DNA of 59,564 nt, the filler included. It is 7 parts of 7 records of this genome, joined end to end, with 100 filler letters (N's around TTAATTAATTAA, not from the genome) between each part and the next. Parts side by side here need not be neighbours in the genome. Positions count along the whole stretch, not along the records: positions 10,123 to 18,325 come from SRR31147125_33948; positions 18,426 to 36,276 come from SRR31147125_33963; 5 more parts are not named here. The stretch is one strand, 5' to 3'. A program made the position numbers and the translations under genes. Below the pieces are notes generated by a model. It had not been told where the DNA came from. It did not search any database and worked only from the letters and a program-made list of their open reading frames with translations. Below are positions 11,371 through 20,751 of the stretch, piece by piece. Positions within the stretch are counted from its first letter, which is position 1. The number at the start of each line of letters is the position of its first letter.

Positions 11371-13061
11371 TTACCTTAATAAATTTAGAAACATAGATGG
11401 CTTCCAATTGTGCAATATTATTAGATATTTTCTGGCTCTACTTAAAGCAACATAGAATAAGTTTCTACCATCTTCTATACATTCAGGGGTTAATGGCTCA
11501 TATAACCAATCATTTCCAACTCGTTCAATAAATTTCTGATAAGGTATTTTATTTTCGTTTATATTATCTAAAATCACAGCATCATACTCTAAACCTTTAG
11601 CTTGATGTATGGTATTCACTGTTATTCCGTCAATATCAGATAATGTTTTTAGATATTTACCAATTGTCCAAAAAGGAATTTCATCGTCTTTAATTCTTTC
11701 TACAATGTCTGTAAATGTTGTATGATCAAAATTAAATATTTCAGAAAATATATTAGCAATATAATTCAAACCGTCAATAATTGAGTCATCCTTAACTAAA
11801 TTTTGAAGCTCAAATATCAATTTATTTTGAAAAATATTTATACTTTTATCATCATAATTTAAATTGTTTTCTAATAAATGTAATTCGACAGCTCTTTTTA
11901 CTGCTCTTAAATTACCCACTGAAGGATTATTGATGAACTTGGAAAGTGAACGTAACAAACTAAATGTCGAATTATTAAAGTTTCTTGTAGGATGAGGTAG
12001 AGCTCCAAGACCAACCACATTAAATTCTTTTCGAAGAACACGACTAGCATTTAATGAGTCATACCAACGTGTTGATAGAATAGCAATTTCGGATTGAGCT
12101 ACACCTCCTTTTTCTATAAGATGTTTTACATATGAAAACAGGTAATAGTCATGATTATCCTTTCTTGTTTCTTTTAAGTAAATAGGAACATTCAAATCTT
12201 TATATTTTGATCTATTAACTAAATCAGGGTGATCATCAAATAATTTACGATATCCATTTATAATTTCACTACTTGAGCGGTAAGTTTCATTTAATATTTC
12301 ATGTTGTGCTGTAAAATCACTCTGTGCAATTTGAAAAGCATTCTCGAGTGCTCCTGCAAACCGATATATTCTTTGTCGTTCATCACCGACCATAAAAAAT
12401 GTTGCAGGACCAGATTCATTTATTATCCGAAATATATTGTACTGAAAAATATTCGTATCTTGAAATTCATCAATAAGAATTTCATAAAATTTATTTGCAA
12501 GTGAAATTGAAACAAATTTATTCTCGAAGATGATCTTGTAAGAACGAAATAGGATTTCATTAAAATCTATTGCATTAATTGTTGATAAATATTCAAAATA
12601 CCTTTGTGCAACAGTTGTAATTGGGGTTTCAGAATCCCAATCGACATAAGTATCAATTTCCCCATCCAAAGTTCTTTTAACACAATTTAATTCATCAAAA
12701 GGGCTATCACCAAATTTAATATCCCGATTATTTTCTAGAAAATAAAACAACTCATCATAAGTAATTACTCGAGGTTTTGTCCAATTATAAATCCAACCAA
12801 ATGGACGTAATATAAATTCTAAACAAAATCGATGAATCGTTCCAATAAATATTGGATATTGTGAGACTAATCTCGATGCAATTTCATCAGCAGCTGAATT
12901 TGTATATGTGATTAGAGCAATCGTTTTTTTATTGGGAAGTAAATCTAATTTATGTTCTGCTCGAGCAATAAGAGTTTTTGTTTTTCCCGAACCAGGTGAA
13001 GCACTTAAAATTGTGTTCCCATTAATTTCAAACGCAGCTTTTTTTGTAAATCATTCAACAT
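11371..13061 (-). CDS. gajB: UvrD-like SF1 helicase, Gabija GajB (-1 frameshift in A-run near 13039-13045)
   Basis: Walker A SPGSGKT, ITYTN and GTIH lie upstream of the track ORF; IDEFQD, VGDERQRIY, TIHQAKGLEY, YVALSRA; ATG 13061 overlaps the end of gajA. Confidence 0.82.
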
Positions 13062-14802
13062 TGAAATTAATGCCTTTTTGAGTTGAAATAAATTTTAAAG
13101 CCTTTTTTATATATTCTGGTACTACAAAATATTTATCAATGTGTAGAGATAATTCCTGTGCAAATCTTCCTTTTTTTACTGTTCCATCAATTCTCTTTAA
13201 TAATTCTTCACTCCAATCATCAGTATCCATTTTTAATAAATTTGAAAATGATTTTTCATGGCCCAAGTTTATAAAGCATGTTCGTAAGTAATCAATATTA
13301 TTTGAATTATTCGGAAAAAGATCAGCTTCTAATGTTTCAGTTCCATCGAATACTTCAACTCTATCCTTTATTTCTAATTTTTTTGCATTCTCAACTGCTG
13401 TTGTCATTTCATCATCATCTTCTATTTCTTTATCTCCATCAATAATCGCACAAGCCGTTATTTCTAAATTTTCTTGTTGAAAAAGTTTTAAAAATGGATC
13501 AAAATACCTACTATGAATTGCAATTACTGAAATATTATATTCATTAAGATTTATCCCATATTTTTGTTTAGCAATTGCAGGTATAAGAAATTGCTCTGCC
13601 ACACCTTCAACAAGAATGACAGCTGAAGCAAAAAACATTTCAGATCGTGTTGCGTCTAAATATCGTTTAAGTAACAAGGCTTCTCTGTCGGAAAGTAGTG
13701 CATTTTCAAATGGAGAAAATGACTTTACTTGTTTTTCCCAATTATTATACAATATATTTAAGTTTTTAAATTCACAATCACTTGCAATATGTGTAGAATG
13801 CGATGTCATAAAAACCTGAGTGTTGTATAGCTCTCCTAAATTAGTAAAAAGTAATTTTTGTAATTGAGGGTGAAGATGAGCTTCAGGTTCTTCAATTAAC
13901 AAAATATTTAATTCATGTTGATTTTGTTCATTAATAAGCTTTGATAAAAATAAACTTAAGTATAATATGTTTTTTTGGCCAAGACCAAGTATATTTAACG
14001 GGATATTTTTCCCTTCCTTCGGATTGAAAAACATATTTAATTGATTCCAGGCATCTGATTCATAATTTGAAAGAAAACTTAATGAGATTGGAAATGAAAA
14101 ATAATTTCCGGCTATTTCATTGCTTTTTGTTTTGAGAGTTTCTGCTAGTTCTGGAATAAAATCTAATTCATTTAATTGATCTGATGATGTCGCTAAAATA
14201 TGTTGGATTTTACTCAATTCATCTTCAGCATTCTCTCTTGAAAAACAATATTGGCTTAATAAAGATTTATTACTCCCATGCAAATCTGTATAAATATTTC
14301 TAAATGCTGTGATAAAAAATAAATTTATCCCTTCTAATTCTTTAAATCCTACTTTGTTTAATTCTATAATATCTTTAAATTCGAGTGAATTACCACCACC
14401 ATAAAGATTATATCTAAAATCTTTTATATCAACACTTTCAAACGTCTCATCTGTTTCTTTAATTCTTGAAATATGAGCATATAAATATGTTACCCTTGCA
14501 GAATTATCTGATGTTTTTATCGCATGAAGATTGGGAAAAGCAGATAAATTATCTCCAACAAAATCAATACTTATTAAAATATAATCATCAATTTTTAAAG
14601 CGTTAAAACCATTGAAATCCTTCTCGGCAAGTAGTCTATCTCTATAGGACATGTTTTTATCTAATACTAATCTTATTGCTCTATAAAGATTACTTTTTCC
14701 AATATTGTTTTCACCAATAATCGTTTGGAAGCCATTAGTGAAAAAAATTGAAAAATCTGAAAAGTTACGGAAATTCTTGATGCTGACCTTGCTGATGTAC
14801 AT
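13051..14802 (-). CDS. gajA: OLD-family ABC-ATPase/TOPRIM nuclease, Gabija GajA
   Basis: GENNIGKS, IEEPEAHLHP, TSHS, TOPRIM ILVEGVAE..IDGD; coupled to a UvrD gene. Confidence 0.85.
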   Translation of the reverse strand: MYISKVSIKNFRNFSDFSIFFTNGFQTIIGENNIGKSNLYRAIRLVLDKNMSYRDRLLAEKDFNGFNALKIDDYILISIDFVGDNLSAFPNLHAIKTSDNSARVTYLYAHISRIKETDETFESVDIKDFRYNLYGGGNSLEFKDIIELNKVGFKELEGINLFFITAFRNIYTDLHGSNKSLLSQYCFSRENAEDELSKIQHILATSSDQLNELDFIPELAETLKTKSNEIAGNYFSFPISLSFLSNYESDAWNQLNMFFNPKEGKNIPLNILGLGQKNILYLSLFLSKLINEQNQHELNILLIEEPEAHLHPQLQKLLFTNLGELYNTQVFMTSHSTHIASDCEFKNLNILYNNWEKQVKSFSPFENALLSDREALLLKRYLDATRSEMFFASAVILVEGVAEQFLIPAIAKQKYGINLNEYNISVIAIHSRYFDPFLKLFQQENLEITACAIIDGDKEIEDDDEMTTAVENAKKLEIKDRVEVFDGTETLEADLFPNNSNNIDYLRTCFINLGHEKSFSNLLKMDTDDWSEELLKRIDGTVKKGRFAQELSLHIDKYFVVPEYIKKALKFISTQKGINFNVE

Positions 14803-14854
14803 AGCTGTATCCTATACTTGAATAAACATGGTCTGATTTATCAATAAATTAGGG

Positions 14855-14980
14855 GTATAACAATGCGGCTCACCTGCAAAAACGCTACACAGAAGGTCAA
14901 ACAACGAAATAGTTTTAATATTTTCAATTTAACTTGATTTGAAACACTGCGTTTTTGTCAGGTTCAGCCAAATGTTAGAG
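14855..14980 (-). mobile_element. attC integron recombination site (126 bp) closing the TIR cassette
   Basis: Minus strand CTCTAAC-ATTTGGCTGAACCTGACAAAAACGC...GCGTTTTTGCAGGTGAGCCGCATT-GTTATAC, an imperfect palindrome 7 nt after the stop. Confidence 0.85.
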
Positions 14981-14987
14981 TTTTATA

Positions 14988-15989
14988 TTAGCGTTTTAAA
15001 TCGAATAGAAGCCTATTTATCGAGTTATAATACTTATCTTCTTCATCCCATTCTGTAAAATCGCCTAAATGTCTATCATCACGAATATATCTTGCCCAAC
15101 CATCTGTTAATCGAAGTACATCATCATCAATGCGAATAGGGAACAATATCACTGTCTTCTCTCGACGTTCAATTGCCAAAGCTGTTTCAACCTCATACTC
15201 CACCCAACTGCTCGCGATCGAATTGCAGGAACAAATCAAAAGCAGTTTTTCAGCTGTTTTAATGGAAAAGTCAATTGTTGATCTTATTCGATCACCTATT
15301 TTCATATCTTCAGGTGCAAACCAGCATCTAACACCAGCACGTTGGAGATCAAAATGAAGTTTACGAGCAAAATCTATATCTGCATGAGAGTAACTAATAA
15401 AACAGGAATGGTAAATTGTATCAAATGAGAAAAGAGAATTAATCCTTTGAACAATTTCTTCGTTTAATCCACAACTTCTAAGGAAATCAGGGGAAAGATC
15501 TTTGGACCATGTTAAGGTATATTGGTCAATAGAACTTTCACTAAGATGGATACATTTATCTAAATTCATTGCCATTGAAAGATCATCAAGAAAAGCAAAA
15601 ACAGTACTATGGAGAATAGATTCCCTAAAATCAGTTTTTTCAAGACCACAACCTATAAATTGTGTACTTCTTAAATCACAAGCTGTAAAAGTTGCTCTAT
15701 CAAGTGAGGCTCCACCAAAGGAACACCATCCGAGTTTTGAATTTGAAAAATCTACACTCTCAAGCTCAGCTCCAGTAAAATTCGAATGTTCGATTAAAGA
15801 ATTTACAATACGAGAGCCTGTTAAATCGACGCATGTAAAATTACAACAACTTAGATTTATATTAGCAATGTCAATTTGCCCCAAAATTTCGCCACTTAGG
15901 TCAGGCTTTACAGAAGAATTTTGTTTTCGCCATTCATTCCAAAAGTTTACACCCTTTTTAAAAATTTCTAAATGAGTTGAAGAGGACAT
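14988..15989 (-). CDS. Pentapeptide-repeat plus TIR-domain protein
   Basis: WNEWR..PDLSG followed by (A/S)xLxx repeats; TIR CFISYSHAD, CWFAPED, WVEYEV. Confidence 0.9.
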   Translation of the reverse strand: MSSSTHLEIFKKGVNFWNEWRKQNSSVKPDLSGEILGQIDIANINLSCCNFTCVDLTGSRIVNSLIEHSNFTGAELESVDFSNSKLGWCSFGGASLDRATFTACDLRSTQFIGCGLEKTDFRESILHSTVFAFLDDLSMAMNLDKCIHLSESSIDQYTLTWSKDLSPDFLRSCGLNEEIVQRINSLFSFDTIYHSCFISYSHADIDFARKLHFDLQRAGVRCWFAPEDMKIGDRIRSTIDFSIKTAEKLLLICSCNSIASSWVEYEVETALAIERREKTVILFPIRIDDDVLRLTDGWARYIRDDRHLGDFTEWDEEDKYYNSINRLLFDLKR

Positions 15990-16409
15990 GTATATTGCTC
16001 TTTTTTAAAAACTCTAGCATATAGTTTAGAGGTTAACTAATTGATTAATTTTTTTTCTAATATTAGAAATAAATGTCTATATTTAGAAAACTTTTCTAAT
16101 TTTAGATAACTCATTCCTGTATCTATGATATTATTATTTTTCAACTTGAAATTTTGTTAATTCCTGTAAACCAAAAAAGGCGCAAAAAGATCCAAAGAAA
16201 CCTAAAACCTTTTTACGCCTTCAAAACATCAATCATGAGCACACCCCACCCATAGATCCAACATTAATATTATTTATAGATTATAGACAAAATTGAAAAG
16301 AAATGCAAGTAAATTCATCTGGATTGCGTCACATTTAGCGATTAGTTACAGGAATTTATTTTTAAACTTTCAATTGATCTTCTTCTGCTGCCACATCCTG
16401 GGCACTCCT

Positions 16410-17963
16410 TTACCTGCTGTATCTTTTTTTCAGTTCCGACATTCTGGATTTATAGTAATTTTTACAATCTTTTGTCGAGTAGCGGCAGAGATATATTTTT
16501 GTACCGTTTTCCCGGAAATAATTATTTTCAATGGTTGCTCTGAGCACAAATGAGTCAAACCATGAATGTAAAAGAGAGTCGGGATTTATATCAACACTCA
16601 AACCGGAATGTACCCAGATCATATATTCTTTTGAGAGGCTGTCAGGTGACCAGAACACAAAACTGCCGTTAAATGATATAGGTTGGGGCAGCCCTGCTTT
16701 TTTGCAATGGAACATCACGGCGCCGGCCTGGCCATAATGATAACAAAAAATGTCACAGTTTTTTTGGTCACCCGGATCCAGGCTTTTAAAAGTATTCACT
16801 ACTTTATTGGCAACCTGGGTCCAGCCGGTCATATCGGCCATATCCTGAGGTATATCGTGGTAAATGCCATCCTCCCAACGGAACGCGTCTTTACGGACAG
16901 CCTGCTCAAAACTGTTAAATGGGACGCCACCGAACGATAAAGAATTATATAAATTGATGAACATAAATATCACAAGAAAGGCGGATACAGGGATGACATA
17001 TTTTTTGATATATTTTTCAAGGATATAGGCGCCAAACACAAAAAAAACAGGATACAGTCCTAATGTGTAATAAGGTTTACCGCGCCCAACAACCAAAAGC
17101 GCCATAACGATCACAAATATGAATCCAAACAATCTGTATTGTTTTTCTTTTTTTAAAAACAATAGAGCCAAAAGTCCGGGCAACCATAAAAACAGGCCCT
17201 GCATATTCATCAAAAATTGAGCCTTGAAAAAGTCTGATAACAGCACATGTACCAGTTGTGTTCTTTGTAGTTCTTCCATGTGATACAACACAGGCCAGTT
17301 GTGTAAATACTGCCAAACAAGATTCGGCAGGATAATGGCAAAACCAACGGCCAAAGCGATAAGAAAGTACTTCGAGAAATATAAATATCGGTATTGGGAG
17401 ATCAATAATGAAATAGCAAATGCAAAGGCCAGGAATACGATCGAGTATTTATTCAAAAATGCAACAGCAAAAACAACAGCAATCCAGAGCCAGATTTTCG
17501 GATCCTCTCTTTTTATCATTAAAAGTATCAGAAATCCTGCGAGCAGCCAGAAAAACTGATTGTAACTGACTGGCTGGAATAATGTATTTGTGTGCAGGTA
17601 GGCAGGTGATAACAGAAAAGCCATACTTGCCAGAATTAGTGCCACTTTTTTACCGTTCAGCTCTTTTACCATTAATCCGATGATGATTAAATTCAAGGCA
17701 CCAAAAAGAGCCGGAAAAAACCGGAGAGCAAAAGTTGTGTTTCCGAATAAAGCAGTCGCCATTTTACCTACCACAGCAATAAATGGTGGTACAGCAACGT
17801 AGCCCCAGGCAAGATGTTCACTCTGGGCATAATAAAGATAGGCATCTCTGTGTAACTCGTAATTTGCAAAGGTAAAAAAGTGTATTGATAATTTTACCAG
17901 GACAAAAAAGGCAATTATTTTCCATTCAGCGGATATTTGCAATTTTTTATTATGGATTTTCAT
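16410..17963 (-). CDS. GT-C membrane glycosyltransferase (GT39/ArnT-like)
   Basis: HRDAYLY..HLAWGY, multi-TM, NKYS, PNLVWQ, KPYY. Confidence 0.82.
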   Translation of the reverse strand: MKIHNKKLQISAEWKIIAFFVLVKLSIHFFTFANYELHRDAYLYYAQSEHLAWGYVAVPPFIAVVGKMATALFGNTTFALRFFPALFGALNLIIIGLMVKELNGKKVALILASMAFLLSPAYLHTNTLFQPVSYNQFFWLLAGFLILLMIKREDPKIWLWIAVVFAVAFLNKYSIVFLAFAFAISLLISQYRYLYFSKYFLIALAVGFAIILPNLVWQYLHNWPVLYHMEELQRTQLVHVLLSDFFKAQFLMNMQGLFLWLPGLLALLFLKKEKQYRLFGFIFVIVMALLVVGRGKPYYTLGLYPVFFVFGAYILEKYIKKYVIPVSAFLVIFMFINLYNSLSFGGVPFNSFEQAVRKDAFRWEDGIYHDIPQDMADMTGWTQVANKVVNTFKSLDPGDQKNCDIFCYHYGQAGAVMFHCKKAGLPQPISFNGSFVFWSPDSLSKEYMIWVHSGLSVDINPDSLLHSWFDSFVLRATIENNYFRENGTKIYLCRYSTKDCKNYYKSRMSELKKRYSR

Positions 17964-18325
17964 AGTGCACCTGTAATGTGTTTATAATCCTGAGAAACTT
18001 ATATAAGCAATTATTAATCAAAACTATAAATGGGCACAAGATTAAAACATTTTGATGATTCCACGAAAATCAAAAAAGATACGAAAAATTCGAAAAAGAA
18101 AACTTTTTCGCGGCTTTACAACAAAAATCATGAGATCCCCCAATTGGTGCGGCACTTTGTTCACAAGTTTATAAAAATAAGAATTATATTCAAGGTTTTT
18201 TATATTTTTCATACTTTTCAATTATGGTATGAATATTTTCCTGCTCGCAAGGGATTGCGTATAATTTACACGAACTTGTATTTTTCTGTTAATAAATTTC
18301 TCAATTCGAACACAGTTATTTGCCG

Positions 18326-18425
18326 NNNNNNNNNNNNNNNNNNNNNNNNNNNNNNNNNNNNNNNNNNNNTTAATTAATTAANNNNNNNNNNNNNNNNNNN
18401 NNNNNNNNNNNNNNNNNNNNNNNNN
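18326..18425. other. Artificial contig linker
   Basis: N-run/TTAATTAATTAA/N-run. Confidence 0.98.
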
Positions 18426-18729
18426 TTGGAGTGCCCTCGTGTTCACTTTCATCCTGATTCGGCCATGCAGGTCCGCCCCAGAAACGGAAAAAGATATAAA
18501 TAGCATTGCCAATAACTTTAGCTTTGACCTGTTTGAGATCCACGACATCCGTAACAGCTGCACCAACAGCTTCAGGGAATAATCCATCCACATTGTTTAC
18601 CCACTCAATCAGCACAGGCTCATTTTGCCAGTCTGTACTATCTCCGTCCATGAATAATTGAGCAAAGGAGGAGCTGCTAAACAGCATAATTAAGCTGAAT
18701 AAACAAACTAGGGGTATTCTCTTTTTCAT
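18426..18729 (-). CDS. Secreted protein (truncated)
   Basis: Signal peptide ending SFA-Q; AGGAG RBS; DGDSTDW motif. Confidence 0.75.
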
Positions 18730-19097
18730 ATTATTCTCCTTTAAATTATGATTTTACAAAATTTACAATCAACGAATTGATACGATGATTCCTCCTTCCT
18801 TTCTGATTATTTTAGTAGAATGAAACAACAGAAAAAATACCACTTCATGTAAACCAAAAGGAGAAAAACGATAGCAGTCCTACCCGATCAAACTTTTTCA
18901 TCTAATCTGACATTTGCTCGACACAACAACATGGCGAAAGAGAAAAATGATGACCTCCTTTCTGTTTCCAATTAGGGTACTTTTTTTAGATACAGTTCAT
19001 TATTTGAAACACATACACGATAAATAAAGAGTTTCAAATTGTTGTTATCATATCATTCTATAATCCTATTCTAAAATATTTCCAAAGTACTTGTATA

Positions 19098-19113
19098 TTT
19101 GAAAGGTTTCAAA
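19098..19113. promoter_or_regulatory. Candidate LacI-family operator
   Basis: TTTGAAA-GG-TTTCAAA palindrome resembling the LacI-type TGAAACGTTTCA; intergenic within the LacI locus. Confidence 0.45.
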
Positions 19114-19141
19114 CATTATCCAGACATGCTCACATATATAT

Positions 19142-20722
19142 TTAAAAATGAATCCATTCCATGGCTACCGTTGGTACGACAGGTTCTCCGGAAAAGTTTT
19201 TTCTTAGAAAAAGTGATGTTAATCGAGATTTAGGGCTATCAGACAGATCTAGTTTTTTTAACAGTTCTTCATTTATCCATACCGGATATTGCCGGCGATA
19301 TTCATCCAGCTTCTTTTCCAGGCAGGCCATATGTTTCTCGTAAAGTATCGCGTTAAATACATCATTTTCATATTTATAAAAACGACTCGTATCAATATTG
19401 GCGATATCTAATTCACGCCAACGATATTTAAAGTATTTTTTCATTTCTTCTTCTGTCACTTCCACATCTTTAACAAGATGATGTCTGAAAACATCATATG
19501 TCCATTTTCGCTCCCATAATTCCAGATCCTGCACGATATTCGTCGAATCTGCATATCCCTCTTTTTCAGCAATCCCGATAAATATATCATTTTTTACCAT
19601 TCTGCCGATTTCTGTAATTAATCTATCTCTAAAATTTTCGAATGACTCACTCTGATTAAGCGCTTTTCTGTAATAATTCATATGTTGCAGATAATCTTTA
19701 ACTGATTTTCTACCACCCTCAAAAGCAATCAATGTTTGATTAAGCAACGTCTTTATTTCTGTCAAATATAGTTTTGCTGAATCAGATGCTTCCTCAGCAA
19801 GATCAACAATGGACTCATTTTTGGGCAACCCATCATTAATCCATTGATATAGTGGCGGTGCCAATTGTTCAACAACCCGCCCTTTCACTCTGACATCAAG
19901 TGGAGTAATGATTGAATCCATCAGAGCATGAACGATTCGGTCTGACTCAATGTTGTGCAAGCGGGATTGCATTTGTTTTCTTTTTATACCATATTTTAAT
20001 TCATCCTCTTTAATCCCAGTAAGATGAATATCGAGTATTTGTGCTATTGCATATCCATTTCCATATGAAAAGGGATCAGAGGTCATTCCAATTTCCAGGT
20101 CTTTAATTTTATCAAAAATCTCCGGTCGTAAATCCAAAAAATCTACCCAATCTGTCTCATAGAATCTTTTGTCAGATAGTTTTACTTCCTGGTTTGCTAT
20201 TTTATTTTCAATATAATCTTGCAGACTGTTTTGACGTGCTTCGGTAAGAGCCTCATATGCTTTTTCAAGCGTTGTTGTTGGCCAGATTATCATCCGCCAT
20301 TTTACAGTCGATTTTTTTGTAGCCTCCTGCAACTCTTCTTCAGGTATGCTAACCCTGGAATGCACATGTTTTAAATAAAAAGCCTCTAGTAAATTATTAT
20401 ATCGCCGGCGTGCAACTCGTTTGGTAACGTAAGGGTGTTTATGAAAGCCCTGCCGAAAGCCTTCATTCGAAATAAGAAGCTCATTAATCATAAAATCAAG
20501 ATAGGTACTTCTTGGTTCCCCACCCCGGCGTAAAGGTGCGAAGCTAAACTCAAAACTGTATTTAAACTCATCAACTGTAATGATACGGTCGCCAACCTTT
20601 GCGATAATTTCTTCTTTTGCTATTCTTTGTGACTTGTTCTCAGCACAAGAAAATATTACCACTATTATCAATACGAAATACTTTAATCCTGCTATTATTT
20701 TCGCTAATTGATTGCCTGACAT
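19142..20722 (-). CDS. Lipoprotein, SurA/PrsA-like chaperone family
   Basis: Lipobox IFSC; IAKVGDRIITVDEF SurA-N motif; degenerate PPIase segment SDPF...GYAI. Confidence 0.65.
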   Translation of the reverse strand: MSGNQLAKIIAGLKYFVLIIVVIFSCAENKSQRIAKEEIIAKVGDRIITVDEFKYSFEFSFAPLRRGGEPRSTYLDFMINELLISNEGFRQGFHKHPYVTKRVARRRYNNLLEAFYLKHVHSRVSIPEEELQEATKKSTVKWRMIIWPTTTLEKAYEALTEARQNSLQDYIENKIANQEVKLSDKRFYETDWVDFLDLRPEIFDKIKDLEIGMTSDPFSYGNGYAIAQILDIHLTGIKEDELKYGIKRKQMQSRLHNIESDRIVHALMDSIITPLDVRVKGRVVEQLAPPLYQWINDGLPKNESIVDLAEEASDSAKLYLTEIKTLLNQTLIAFEGGRKSVKDYLQHMNYYRKALNQSESFENFRDRLITEIGRMVKNDIFIGIAEKEGYADSTNIVQDLELWERKWTYDVFRHHLVKDVEVTEEEMKKYFKYRWRELDIANIDTSRFYKYENDVFNAILYEKHMACLEKKLDEYRRQYPVWINEELLKKLDLSDSPKSRLTSLFLRKNFSGEPVVPTVAMEWIHF

Positions 20723-20751
20723 TGAATATTTATTCTATATTGAATTCATGT

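Noticed and set aside
2646-13045. Recurrent -1 frameshifts (2646, 7702, 8460, 13039; also 45258, 48670) as phase variation or programmed frameshifting
   Set aside because: They occur in unrelated contigs, mostly in short homopolymers, and a +1 base restores normal proteins and stop/start overlaps. Sequencing error is most parsimonious; raw reads would settle it
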